Source: Hyphomicrobiales bacterium
GTDB taxonomy: Bacteria > Pseudomonadota > Alphaproteobacteria > Rhizobiales > Xanthobacteraceae
DNA length: 64,000 bases
Reading direction: 5' to 3'
Assembly (NCBI GenBank): GCA_034669145.1
Contig: JAXDNY010000060.1
Coordinates: 18,555-82,554 of the forward strand
Under the pieces are notes generated by a model. The model was not told where the DNA came from, searched no databases, and saw only the letters and a program-made list of their open reading frames with translations. Of the stretch, positions 9,901 to 19,452 are shown in pieces (position 1 is the stretch's first letter; each line of letters starts with the position of its first letter). Position numbers and translations under genes: made by a program.

Positions 9901-10296
9901 ATGTTCTTTCTTATCCGTGCGGCGTTCTGGCTCAGCATCGTCATCGTGCTGCTGCCCACGCCGGAGTCCGCGAAGGTGCCGGAGTCAGGAATCGGCGCGG
10001 CACAGGCCGTCACGGCCGCGTCGGCCACCGTCTCCGACATGACCCAGTTCTGCACGCGCCAGCCCGAGGCCTGTCAGGTCGGCTCGCAGGCGCTCACCTA
10101 CTTCGGACACAAGGCGCAGGCGAGCGCGAAGTGGGTGTACGAGAAGTTCACCTCGAAATCCGAGCAGGCAGCCCCGGCGACGCCCGCGAAGGCGCTCGCT
10201 GAGGCCGATTCGCAGAACACCTTGACGCAGGCCGACACGGCGCCCGCGTGGCGCGGCACGCAGCAGCGCCAGGCCGACGCACGGCGCCCGCAATAG
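9901..10296 (+). CDS. DUF5330 family membrane protein
   Basis: Internal ATG of ORF 9655..10296. MFFLIRAAFWLSIVIVLLP is the typical DUF5330 N-terminus. Confidence 0.65.
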   Translation: MFFLIRAAFWLSIVIVLLPTPESAKVPESGIGAAQAVTAASATVSDMTQFCTRQPEACQVGSQALTYFGHKAQASAKWVYEKFTSKSEQAAPATPAKALAEADSQNTLTQADTAPAWRGTQQRQADARRPQ

Positions 10297-10355
10297 CCGG
10301 AACTCGCTGAAATCGGGCTATACCCCGCCGCACCGCACGCCTATATCCTCGGCGT

Positions 10356-10796
10356 ATGACGACTGCGGCGACCATCGACGACATCATCGAGAACTTCGCG
10401 CTCCTCGACGACTGGGACGACCGCTATCGCTATGTGATCGAGCTCGGGCGCACGCTTACCCCGCTGCCCGAGGAGCTGCGTAACGAGCAGAACAAGGTGC
10501 AGGGCTGCGCCAGCCAGGTGTGGCTCGGCACCAGCGTGAAGCCGAACGGCGCGAGCGGACCGACGCTCTCATTCGTCGGCGACAGCGACGCGCATATCGT
10601 GCGTGGGCTGATCGCGATCCTGTTCGCGCTCTATTCGGGCAAGCCCGCGCCGGAGATCCTCAAGACGGACGCGGTCGAGCTGTTCAACCGGCTGGGCTTG
10701 CGCGAACACCTGACGCCGCAGCGCTCGAACGGCTTCCGCTCCATGGTGGAGCGGATCCGGTCGGATGCGCGCGCCGCGCTGGAGCACGCGGCTTAA
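10356..10796 (+). CDS. sufE: SufE-family cysteine desulfuration protein
   Basis: 146-aa ORF with SufE signatures: RYRYVIELG, VQGCASQVWL (active-site Cys) and RSNGFRSMV. Confidence 0.9.
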   Translation: MTTAATIDDIIENFALLDDWDDRYRYVIELGRTLTPLPEELRNEQNKVQGCASQVWLGTSVKPNGASGPTLSFVGDSDAHIVRGLIAILFALYSGKPAPEILKTDAVELFNRLGLREHLTPQRSNGFRSMVERIRSDARAALEHAA

Positions 10797-11386
10797 GACT
10801 CCACCGCGAATTCGCTGTCGGCATCGAGCCAGGTCCGGATCGGCGCGCGGGCACGGCCGCGCGCCTGCTCGGCCAACCCATAGTGCCGCGCGAGCCGATC
10901 GAGCGCGAGTTGCACCACGACCTTGCCGCAACGCGGCGGCCAGCGTCGTTCGCGCTCGATGTCTTCCAGCCCTTTGAGGAAACAGCAGACATCGAGAAGC
11001 AGCCCGGCGAATTCCGGCCCGACCGCGTCAAGCGCGCCGCGCAACCGCTGGCGCGCAGCGACCGCTGCGTCGGTGAAGGTGCCGCCTCCCGCCTGCCCGC
11101 GCCGGCCTTGTGCCACTGAAGGGTCCCAGTTCGCGGTGACGCGCGGGGTCATCTGCGCGCGCGTGAAATCGCCGCGCAGCCGCTCGCCCGCCTGGAATTG
11201 CGTGACATGAATCAGCGGCTGCCCATCGCGCCCCTTGCGCCGCGCGAGCCAGGCGAGCGGGCTCTCCGCCTCATCCACCAGCACACCGGCGGGGCCGTCG
11301 GGGGTTGCGATCAGCCGGCGCGCAAGGCTCAGGTGCTGCGCGCGAAACGGATCGATCGTGTCATCGGGAACGATCTTCCTGCTCAC
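10793..11386 (-). CDS. DUF6456 domain protein
   Basis: C-terminal 197 aa of ORF 10793..11698. The GTG at 11386 overlaps the TGA of the upstream HTH gene (GTGA). ESPLAWLARRKGRDGQPLI...QFQAGERLRGDF is typical of DUF6456. Confidence 0.65.
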   Translation of the reverse strand: MSRKIVPDDTIDPFRAQHLSLARRLIATPDGPAGVLVDEAESPLAWLARRKGRDGQPLIHVTQFQAGERLRGDFTRAQMTPRVTANWDPSVAQGRRGQAGGGTFTDAAVAARQRLRGALDAVGPEFAGLLLDVCCFLKGLEDIERERRWPPRCGKVVVQLALDRLARHYGLAEQARGRARAPIRTWLDADSEFAVES

Positions 11387-11766
11387 GACACGGCTCCGAA
11401 CGTCGCATCGACATTGCGGCGCAAGGCGTGTTCGAGCTCGGCGAGCGCCGTATCGAGCTCGCTGTCGGCGCGGCGGTCCTCGATCCGCCGGCACGCATAG
11501 GCGGCGGTCGTGCGGTCGCGCCCGAATGCACGCCCGACTTCGCTGAAGCTTAAGCCCAGCGCCACGTGGGCGAGATACATCGCGCTCTGGCGCGCCAGCG
11601 CGACCGATGCGCCTCGCCGCGTACTGGCCCGCAATTCGCCGAGCGGAACGGTGAATGTGGCGGCGACCGCTGCATCGATGACCTCGCGGGCGCGACAAAC
11701 CGGATCGCCAGACCAGGCCTTTGTGGGGTTTGCCCTCGCTTCAACCGAGGTATCCAGATTGGCCAT
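11383..11766 (-). CDS. DnaA domain-IV-like helix-turn-helix protein
   Basis: 127-aa ORF. RRGASVALARQSAMYLAHVALGLSFSEVGRAFGRDRTTAAYACRRIE resembles the DnaA C-terminal DNA-binding domain (R..i..pRq.AMYL....S...IG..FGRDH.TV). Confidence 0.7.
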   Translation of the reverse strand: MANLDTSVEARANPTKAWSGDPVCRAREVIDAAVAATFTVPLGELRASTRRGASVALARQSAMYLAHVALGLSFSEVGRAFGRDRTTAAYACRRIEDRRADSELDTALAELEHALRRNVDATFGAVS

Positions 11767-12037
11767 GAATTCCTCCGAGTAGGACCTCTTACCTCGGCAT
11801 CATGCACCAACCCCGGGTAGGCGGGGATAACTTATTTCTCTTTTCTCGATACCCTGTTCATAAGAAGAACCCTGTCCTAGGGTCATCAGAACCTATCCAA
11901 TTGAAAATAGACCCATTTTTCTTGGTCAGGCGGCGACGGAACCGCCTTGGGATCAAATTCTGAGACGCGCCAAAGCCGCCACGCAGCCAAGACCGCCGCG
12001 GGCCGGCAACCGTCCAGGCAAAACCAGTCCGGGCAGG

Positions 12038-12454
12038 CTATTTCGAGCGGCGGCGGCGCTGCTGACCGAGGCCCATCTGCTTGGCAAGCTGGGAGCGCGC
12101 AGCGGCGTAATTCGGCGCGACCATCGGGTAGTCGGGCGGTAGGCCCCACTTCTCGCGGTAGGCCTCCGGCGTCATGTTGTACTGCGTGCGCAGGTGCCGC
12201 TTGAGCGATTTGAACTTCTTTCCGTCCTCAAGACAGACCAGATGATCCGGCGTGATCGATTTCTTGACCGATACCGCCGGCTTGAGCGGTTCGGGCTGGG
12301 CATCGCTCTGGCCAACCGAAACCCGCATCAGCGCCGAATGCACCTGATTGATCAGGCTTGGAATCTCGCCCGCCGTAACCGAATTGTTGCTGACATATGC
12401 CGATACGATGTCGGCCGTGAGTTCGATGAAGCTGCCGCTCGGGTTGTCGTTCAT
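12038..12454 (-). CDS. mucR: MucR/Ros family zinc-finger transcriptional regulator
   Basis: Internal ATG 12454 of ORF 12038..12559. [54 protein letters not shown] is the canonical Ros/MucR domain. Confidence 0.9.
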   Translation of the reverse strand: MNDNPSGSFIELTADIVSAYVSNNSVTAGEIPSLINQVHSALMRVSVGQSDAQPEPLKPAVSVKKSITPDHLVCLEDGKKFKSLKRHLRTQYNMTPEAYREKWGLPPDYPMVAPNYAAARSQLAKQMGLGQQRRRRSK

Positions 12455-12842
12455 GGGCCCAGCGTTCCTGTCACGAGGTGAACTGAACATAATCATTGAG
12501 TAGCCGGCACCGTCACGCGTCTTGCGGCTTACTCGCGGCCCAGCGCGCCGATGCTTCATTCAACCGGATGCACATCTCCGGTTACGAATCGGACATTCCG
12601 AATTACATTGATTTATAGTATTGCGGTCTCGATTATTCAAGTTCAAACAGCAGATCGGGCAAGCATATCCATCACGATATTGCGATATCTGCCTTTTCGC
12701 TGATGTATTCGTGTCGCGACCTGATGTCGCGGCGGCGCCAGAACGCTGCGATCGCACTACCGTGCCTTGCCGCGACCCGGGCTGCTTCATAGGTCTTTCA
12801 GACCGGCGGGCGTCCGCCAAAGATCGTCGCAGCGGAGTTACG

Positions 12843-14957
12843 ATGCTCGAGCGCACCCCTCGCCTGCCGCCACCGCGCGCGGAACGTCGACCCAAGAAAT
12901 CGACTGTTCACGGCACGACGCTTGTCGACGACTATGCGTGGCTGCGTGCGGAGAACTGGCAGGAGGTGATGCGCGATCCGGCGGTGCTCGATCCGAAGAT
13001 CCGCGCCTATCTGACCGAGGAGAACGATTACACCAAAGCCGCACTCGCCCATAGCGAAGCGCTGCAGCAAAGCCTGTTCGCCGAGATGAAGGCGCGCATC
13101 AAGGAGGACGACTCCACGGTGCCGAGCCCGGACGGCCCCATGGCGTATTACGTGCGCTATCGGGAAGGCGGGCAGCACCCGATCCTTTGCCGCCAGCCGC
13201 GCGACGGCGGTGCGGAGACCATGCTGCTCGACGGCGACGCGCTCGCGGCCGGCAAGGCGTACTTCCAGCTGGGCGGCACGCAGCATTCGCCCGATCACCG
13301 GCTGCTCGCATGGTCGGTCGATGAAAAGGGGTCGGAGTTCGACGAGCTGCGCATTCGCGACGTCGGCGCGGGCGGCGATCTGCCTGACGTCATTGCGGAC
13401 GTTTCCGACTCGGCGGTCTGGACCGAGGATTCGACCGCGTTCTATTACGTGCGGCTCGACGCCAATCATCGCCCCTCGCGCGTCTATCGCCACCGGCTTG
13501 GCACGCCCGCGGCCGACGATGCGCTCATCTACGAGGAGCGCGACAACCGTTTCTTCGTTTCGCTCGGCCGTACGCAGTCCGGCCGCTTCGCCGACATTTC
13601 GGTGCACGATCACGAGACGTCGGAATCCTGGCTGATCGACTTGACGGTTGCGGAGGCAACGCCGCGTCTGGTCGCGGCGCGGCAAGCCTCGCTGCAATAC
13701 GATGTGGAGCATCATCCGGCCTGGGCCGGCGAGGAGATTCTGCTCGTTCGCACCAACGCGGACGGCGCCGAAGACTTCAAGATCATGATCACGCCGCTCG
13801 CGGCGACCGCGCGCGAGAACTGGCGCGACGTAATTCCGCACCGGCGCGGCGTGTATCTGCTGAGCATGACGCTGCTGTCGGATTGGCTGGTGCGGCTCGA
13901 GCGCGAGGACTCACTGCCGCGCATCGTCGTGCGTCAAATTGCAAGCGGCGAAGAGCACGCGATCGATTTTCCCGAGGAAGCCTACTCGCTCGGCGCGGAG
14001 GGCGGCTACGAGTTCGTCACCGATCGCCTGCGCTTCCACTATTCGTCGATGACGACGCCGAATGAGGTGTGGGACTACGACCTGAAAACGCGCGCGCGCA
14101 CCTTGCGCAAGCGCCAGGAAGTACCGAGCGGGCACGACCCCGCCGCCTATGTGACGCGGCGCCTGCGAGCGAAGGCGCCGGACGGCGAGATGGTGCCGAT
14201 CTCGATCCTGCATCGCCGCCACGTGAAGCCAGACGGCACCGCGCCGCTGCTGCTCTACGGCTACGGCGCCTACGGCTATGCGCTGCCGGCCGCGTTCAGC
14301 ACCGGCCGGCTCTCGCTGGTCGATCGCGGCTTCGTCTATGCCATCGCACACGTTCGCGGCGGCAGCGAGAAGGGGCGGCAGTGGTACAAGGACGGCAAGC
14401 TCCTGAACAAGCCGAACACGTTCACGGATTTCATCGCGGCCGGAGAATTCCTCCGCGCGCAGGGCTATGCGGCGCCGGGCAAGGTCGTCGCGCACGGCGG
14501 TTCGGCCGGTGGCCTGCTCATGGGCGCGGTCGCGAACCTGCGGCCCGATCTCTTCGGCGGCATCATCGCCGAAGTACCGTTCGTCGACGTGATCAACACG
14601 ATGCTCGACGACTCACTGCCGCTGACACCGCCCGAATGGCAGGAGTGGGGAAACCCGATCACCGACGAACAGGCGTTCGGCCTCATGCTCGGCTATTCGC
14701 CCTACGAGAATGTGCGGGCGCAGAGCTATCCGGCGATCCTGGCGCTCGCGGGATTGACCGATCCGCGTGTGACCTATTGGGAGCCGGCGAAGTGGATCGC
14801 GAAGCTGCGCAGTCTCAACACCAGCAACAACATCATCGCGTTGCGCACCAACATGGACGCGGGTCACGGCGGCGCGGCCGGGCGGTTCGACCGGTTGAAG
14901 GAGGTCGCGCTGTCCTATGCGTTCGCGCTCGAAGTGGCAGGCGCTGCGGGTGCCTGA
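12843..14957 (+). CDS. ptrB: S9-family oligopeptidase B
   Basis: Internal ATG 12843 of ORF 12621..14957. N-terminal beta-propeller region (DDYAWLR). Catalytic Ser motif GGSAGGLLMG and a His near MDAGHGG. Confidence 0.85.
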   Translation: MLERTPRLPPPRAERRPKKSTVHGTTLVDDYAWLRAENWQEVMRDPAVLDPKIRAYLTEENDYTKAALAHSEALQQSLFAEMKARIKEDDSTVPSPDGPMAYYVRYREGGQHPILCRQPRDGGAETMLLDGDALAAGKAYFQLGGTQHSPDHRLLAWSVDEKGSEFDELRIRDVGAGGDLPDVIADVSDSAVWTEDSTAFYYVRLDANHRPSRVYRHRLGTPAADDALIYEERDNRFFVSLGRTQSGRFADISVHDHETSESWLIDLTVAEATPRLVAARQASLQYDVEHHPAWAGEEILLVRTNADGAEDFKIMITPLAATARENWRDVIPHRRGVYLLSMTLLSDWLVRLEREDSLPRIVVRQIASGEEHAIDFPEEAYSLGAEGGYEFVTDRLRFHYSSMTTPNEVWDYDLKTRARTLRKRQEVPSGHDPAAYVTRRLRAKAPDGEMVPISILHRRHVKPDGTAPLLLYGYGAYGYALPAAFSTGRLSLVDRGFVYAIAHVRGGSEKGRQWYKDGKLLNKPNTFTDFIAAGEFLRAQGYAAPGKVVAHGGSAGGLLMGAVANLRPDLFGGIIAEVPFVDVINTMLDDSLPLTPPEWQEWGNPITDEQAFGLMLGYSPYENVRAQSYPAILALAGLTDPRVTYWEPAKWIAKLRSLNTSNNIIALRTNMDAGHGGAAGRFDRLKEVALSYAFALEVAGAAGA

Positions 14958-14959
14958 GG

Positions 14960-15628
14960 CTATTTCTTGCTCACCAGATACTGCTGCAATTCGTCGATCG
15001 TCGCGAACTTGACCCTGCCGGTCGGCAGTTCGGCTTCGATCGACCCGTCCATGAACAGCGAATAGGCCATCCCGTCGATCACGCCGGAGCGATAGACGGT
15101 TGCACTGGCGCCATTCGGGTTAGCCACCGGGGCAGGCCTCGGCTGTGGCCGAATTGGCGGCGCTTGTTGCGGCACCGGTGACGGGGGTGGCGCGGTATCC
15201 GGAATGCGGGTGAGCGGGCCGAGGTCGACCGGAGGAGCCGCAGGTTCCGGCTCGGGCATTGCGAGTGACGGTGCGCGCGCGGCGCGAACCGGAGCGGGCG
15301 AACTGCCGCGGCCGAGCCAGCCCAGCAAGGATGGCCGCGCTGCAGCAACAGCAGCCGCAGCACGTGCCGGCCGCGGGGCCGGGTCGTCGCGCCCAACCGC
15401 CGCAACCGGCGGCAGCGGCAACGGCTGGATCTCCAGCCGTTCCGCGATCCTGCTCAAGGTGCGCACCGCCGCCGCAAGAGCGGCGATGATCAAGGCTCCG
15501 ACGATCGCGACCACACCGGATACGAACAGCGCGGTGCCGGCCAAATCCTCAACCGGCACGGCATAGCCCAGCAGCGCCACGCCGGCCGCGGCCACAACAA
15601 GGCCGACAAAGAGCAATACCAGATACAT
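14960..15628 (-). CDS. Membrane protein with Pro/Ala-rich linker and small C-terminal domain (hypothetical)
   Basis: ORF 14960..15646; ATG 15628 is preceded by a G-rich SD. Two TM helices, a long P/A-rich segment and a C-terminal module YRSGVIDGMAYSLFMDGSIEAELPTGRVKFATIDELQQYL. Confidence 0.6.
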   Translation of the reverse strand: MYLVLLFVGLVVAAAGVALLGYAVPVEDLAGTALFVSGVVAIVGALIIAALAAAVRTLSRIAERLEIQPLPLPPVAAVGRDDPAPRPARAAAAVAAARPSLLGWLGRGSSPAPVRAARAPSLAMPEPEPAAPPVDLGPLTRIPDTAPPPSPVPQQAPPIRPQPRPAPVANPNGASATVYRSGVIDGMAYSLFMDGSIEAELPTGRVKFATIDELQQYLVSKK

Positions 15629-15839
15629 TCGAGCCCCCCGCGACACATTTCAGGAACCAACGCGTCAGGGCAAGTGTTTCCAACATGATAGCCGGTGACC
15701 GTTGCAGCGGCGACACGGCGCCGACCGCCAACAACAGCGTTGCCGCAGGCGCGGGCCCGGCCTATCTAGAGGGTGGAACTCGCCCCCCAAACCTGCGGGT
15801 TACACCCGATTTTCGCTTCCCATTCTCAAGGAGTTGATC

Positions 15840-16439
15840 ATGGCCTTCACGCTGCCCGACCTCCCTTATTCGCACGACGCGCTCGCACCCGTCATGTCGA
15901 AGGAGACGCTCGAATTTCACCACGACAAGCATCATCAGGCCTACGTCACGAACGGCAACAACGCGCTGAAGGGCACCGAGTGGGAGAACAAGTCCCTCGA
16001 GGAGATTGTGAAGGGCTCGTACGGCAAGAACCCGGCCGTGTTCAACAACGCCGGCCAGCACTACAACCACATTCACTTCTGGAAATGGATGAAGAAGGGC
16101 GGCGGCGGCGACAAGCTGCCCGGCAAGATTGCGGCCGCGGTCGACAAGGACCTCGGCGGCCTCGCCAAGGCCAAGGCGGACTTCATCGCGGCCGGCGTCG
16201 GCCAGTTCGGGTCGGGCTGGTGCTGGATCGCCGTCAAGGACGGCAAGCTGATGATCGACAAGACGCCGAACGGCGAGAGCCCGCTGGTGAAGGGCGCCTC
16301 CCCGATCCTCGGCTGCGACGTGTGGGAGCACTCCTATTACATCGACTACCGCAACGCCCGGCCGAAATACCTTGAGGCGTTCTGGGACAGCCTGATCAAC
16401 TGGGAGCACGTCGAGGAGATGTATTCGGCCGCGAAGTGA
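15840..16439 (+). CDS. sodB: Fe/Mn superoxide dismutase
   Basis: ATG 15840 is preceded by AAGGAG (15828-15833). LPDLPYSHDALAP, FHHDKHHQAYV and DVWEHSYY signature motifs. Confidence 0.92.
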   Translation: MAFTLPDLPYSHDALAPVMSKETLEFHHDKHHQAYVTNGNNALKGTEWENKSLEEIVKGSYGKNPAVFNNAGQHYNHIHFWKWMKKGGGGDKLPGKIAAAVDKDLGGLAKAKADFIAAGVGQFGSGWCWIAVKDGKLMIDKTPNGESPLVKGASPILGCDVWEHSYYIDYRNARPKYLEAFWDSLINWEHVEEMYSAAK

Positions 16440-16508
16440 CGCGAAGCGTCATCGGCGCAGCATGGAATGATGCGCTGCTGACGCGGGATCGCACCGACGA
16501 TCAAATCG

Positions 16509-16534
16509 AAGGCCGGGCCGCAAGGCTCGGCCTT
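16509..16534. terminator. Candidate bidirectional intrinsic terminator between sodB and the DUF3297 gene
   Basis: Stem aaggccgggcc / ggctcggcctt (one mismatch) with loop gcaa. It is followed by T-rich tcctattct on the + strand and by cgatttgat on the - strand. Confidence 0.5.
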
Positions 16535-16536
16535 TC

Positions 16537-16794
16537 CTATTCTGAGCCCTTGGTTTCAGGCTCGCGGAAATACGGCTCGACCGGCCCCTTGAGCTTGATG
16601 GTCAGTGGCTTGCCCTTGCGGTCGAGCGTCTTGCCGGCAGCGACCCGGATCCAGCCTTCGCTGACGCAATACTCCTCGACATTGGTCTTCTCGGCACCTG
16701 CGAAGCGGATGCCGATCCCGCGCGCGAGCAGCGCCTCGTCGTAGAACGGGCTGTCGGGATCGGACGAGAGGCGATCGGGCGGCTTGTCGGTCAT
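16537..16794 (-). CDS. DUF3297 family protein
   Basis: Internal ATG 16794 of ORF 16537..16824. PPDRLSSDPDSPFYDEALLARGIGIRFAG...EEYCVSEGWIRV is as remembered for DUF3297. Confidence 0.7.
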   Translation of the reverse strand: MTDKPPDRLSSDPDSPFYDEALLARGIGIRFAGAEKTNVEEYCVSEGWIRVAAGKTLDRKGKPLTIKLKGPVEPYFREPETKGSE

Positions 16795-16802
16795 GGCACC
16801 CT

Positions 16803-17503
16803 TCAGAATATCTCCGGACACCACGGCGCGCGATCGCTGTGGAACAGCGCGTCCGCACGGGTGATCGCCCCGAGGCGCAATTCCCTGACTCGCATGGATC
16901 GCCCAAGCTGCGCAAACGTGAAACCGCCAAGATAGACACAGCCGAGCGAGGAAACGTCGCAGGCAAGATCGGCTTCGGCCGTCGTTTTCTCAATGACGCC
17001 GCGTCCGATGCGCCAGCGCCCCGCATTCCACGGGCAGAATTCGTCCGCCACATCGTATCGATCTGGGTAAACGTTCCCGTGTGCCCGCGCGGCACGTCGA
17101 TCTCGGCTGACATCGATGCCATGCCGTAGCCGAACTGTCCGTAGAGCGTATCCTCGGACGCCCGCAGGACCGCGACGGGCTCGCCACGCGCATGCGCAGC
17201 ATCGGTCAACGGGCGCATCATCGCGCGCAGACGGCCGCGGCGCCGGTGCGTCGGCAGCACGCCGACAACCGTGACGCCCGCCGCCTTCACGCGCCCGCCC
17301 GGTATGGTCAGATCGAACGCGAAGGCCGCGGAGCCAGCGACGGCCTTGTCGCCTTCGAATGCCGCGTGCACGCGCTCCGGTGCAAGCACGCGCGCGAAAT
17401 GCTTGATCGCGTCCGGCGACGGCGGCAAGTGTCCGAGATAGTGCCACATCGGCGCGAACGCCGCGCTCATTTCCTCCGCGGTCGTACACGGCCGTACGCT
17501 CAT
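16803..17503 (-). pseudogene. Eis-like GNAT acetyltransferase remnant (internal deletion plus frameshift)
   Basis: The N-terminal GNAT domain (MSVRPCTTAEEM...VGVLPTHRRRGRLRAMM...YGQFGYG) lies in one frame up to about 17070. The C-terminal SCP2-like end (YDVADEFCPWNAGRWRI...PWCPEIF) lies in another frame and ends at 16803. About 160 aa of a typical roughly 400-aa Eis-type protein are missing. Confidence 0.55.
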
Positions 17504-17592
17504 GACCCTTCCCGTCACTTAAACAAGCGCATGATCTTTTTCCGAAAACCGGTTCCCATCCCCGATCGGTGTCGGGGACATGCTTTTCGGGA

Positions 17593-18474
17593 TCATGCGC
17601 TGTGCGCGTAGTCCCAGTAAAGCTCGCGCGCCTTGCGATAGAACGGCCCGGGCTGGAGCGAACGGTCGTCGATGCGGATGATCGGCATCAGCTTCGAATA
17701 GTTGCCGCTCGAGAAGATCTCGTCCGCGTTCTGGAAATCCGAATAGCGGAACGAGCCCTCAATGACGCTCACACCGGCATCGCGCAGCAGCTTGATGGTG
17801 CGCTGGCGCGTGATGCCGTTGAGGAATGTTCCGTTCGCGGCGGGTGTATGTACGACGCCGTCCTTGGCGAAGAACACGTTCGCGGTGCCCAGCTCGGCGA
17901 CATTGCCGAGCATGTCGCACAGGAGGCAGTTGTCGAAGCCGCGCGATCCCGCCTCGAACAGCGCGCGCCCGTTGTTCGGGTAAAGGCAGCCGGCCTTCGC
18001 ATCGACCGGCATGCATTCGATCGTCGGGCGGCGGAACGGCGAGAGCGTGATCGAAAGGCCTGCCGAAGCAGGCGGCATCGCGGTTTCATAGAGACAGAGG
18101 CACCAGCGCGTGGACTCCGGATCGGCCGAGACGCCGGTTAGTGTGCCGCCGCGCTCGGCCCAGTACATCGGGCGGATATAGAGCGGCGTATCCTTGTCGA
18201 ACCGCTTCATGCCGTCGGCGACCAGGCCTAACCAGGTTTCCTTCGGCACCAGGGCTTTGAGGAAAAGTTTTGGCGCGGAGTCGTTGATGCGCGCGCAGTG
18301 CAGATCGAGGTCCGGCGTCACGCCCTCGAACGCGCGCGCGCCGTCGAACACCGAGGAGCCGAGCCAGGCCGCATGCGTGCGTGGGCCGTAGATGCCGATG
18401 TTGCCCTCGTGCCAGTCGCCTTCGTAGAAGGTCCAGGTCTTGGACCATTGCGAAGGCTTGCCGTTCGGCGCCAT
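17593..18474 (-). CDS. Class IV (branched-chain amino acid/D-amino acid type) aminotransferase
   Basis: Internal ATG 18474 of ORF 17593..18558. YIRPMYW, ANVFFAKDGVVHTP and LNGITRQ are typical of fold-type IV PLP enzymes. Confidence 0.85.
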   Translation of the reverse strand: MAPNGKPSQWSKTWTFYEGDWHEGNIGIYGPRTHAAWLGSSVFDGARAFEGVTPDLDLHCARINDSAPKLFLKALVPKETWLGLVADGMKRFDKDTPLYIRPMYWAERGGTLTGVSADPESTRWCLCLYETAMPPASAGLSITLSPFRRPTIECMPVDAKAGCLYPNNGRALFEAGSRGFDNCLLCDMLGNVAELGTANVFFAKDGVVHTPAANGTFLNGITRQRTIKLLRDAGVSVIEGSFRYSDFQNADEIFSSGNYSKLMPIIRIDDRSLQPGPFYRKARELYWDYAHSA

Positions 18475-18571
18475 GGGCGTGCTCCTGATGCGATTTTCTT
18501 GCGCCTCTTTACGGGGTTTTGCGCCCTTCTGCCCATGAAATTCGCTGATGGCTGACATCAGCGGACGCCGC

Positions 18572-18722
18572 TGTCATCCCGGGCGAGCCAACGGGTCCGC
18601 GCAAAGCGCGGCCCGATGACAGGCTCCGCGAGACCCGGGATCCAGTAAACACGGGTGGTGCGACATCGCTCAGGCGGTGTTTACTGGATCCGGATAGCCG
18701 CTTCGCGGCTTCCGGGATGACA
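18572..18722. repeat. MITE-like nested inverted-repeat element, copy A (151 bp)
   Basis: Termini tgtcatcccggg ... ccgggatgaca. Inner pair cccgggatccagtaaacac / gtgtttactggatccgg. It lies in the divergent spacer between the aminotransferase and the HAD gene. Confidence 0.85.
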
Positions 18723-18735
18723 GGTGAAGCTCGCC

Positions 18736-19452
18736 ATGCCCGCTCGCGTGTTCGTGTTCGACGCCTACGGCACACTGTTCGACGTTCATGCAGCGATTGC
18801 TCGCCATCGTGACGCGGCGGGACCTGAGGCGGATCGCTTGTCCGACATCTGGCGCGCCAAGCAGCTTGAATATGCCTGGATGCTCTCGGCTGCCGGGCAC
18901 TACGTCGATTTCTGGACGCTGACCGAACGCGCGCTCGATTACGCATTCGCGCGCGTGCCTTCGGTCGACAAGGCGCTGCGCGCGACGCTGCTCGACGCCT
19001 ACTTCAAGCTCGATGCTTTTCCCGATGCAGGCGGGGCACTCAGCGCACTCAAGACGAAGGGATTGAAAACCGCGATCCTCTCGAACGGCAATCCGCGCAT
19101 GCTCGATGGCGCCGTGACCGCCGCCGGCATCGGGTCCGATCTCGATGCGGTGTTGTCGGTCGACACGATCCGCATCTACAAGCCGCAACAGCAAGTCTAT
19201 GCCATGGTCACCGAGGCATTCAGCGTGGCGCCCGCCGATGTCGCGTTCGTCTCGTCGAACCGCTGGGACGTGATGGGCGCGGCCGCGTTCGGTTTCCAGT
19301 GCGTGTGGGTCAACCGCGCCAACCTGCCGGACGAGTATCCGGAGTTCGCGCCGGTCAAAGTCGTCCACGAGTTGAGCGCGCTGCCGACACTCACGCTCCA
19401 GCTTGACCCGCCGCGCCGCATCGTCAAAGACAGTCGCCTGCAGGAGACACAC
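18736..19452 (+). CDS. Type II haloacid dehalogenase (HAD superfamily) with no stop codon; reads in frame into the next gene
   Basis: VFVFDAYGTLFDV (DxYGT nucleophile motif), AILSNGN, YKP and VSSN..D motifs. ATG 18736 has SD AGGTGA. The ORF stays open through 19453 to 20238. Confidence 0.75.

Noticed and set aside
11811-12037. Low-GC stretch and GGCGG-N8-CCGCC hairpin downstream of mucR, considered as a terminator or sRNA.
   Set aside because: The hairpin is followed by an A-rich rather than U-rich tract on the mucR strand, and by no U-run on the other strand. The AT-rich part is more simply the promoter region of the HTH/DUF6456 operon.
15653-15678. EcfG-type general-stress promoter-like GGAAC ... 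GTT upstream of sodB.
   Set aside because: The spacing between GGAAC and GTT is 18 nt rather than the usual 16-17. The -10 element is TGTT, not CGTT, and the motif lies about 160 nt from the start codon.
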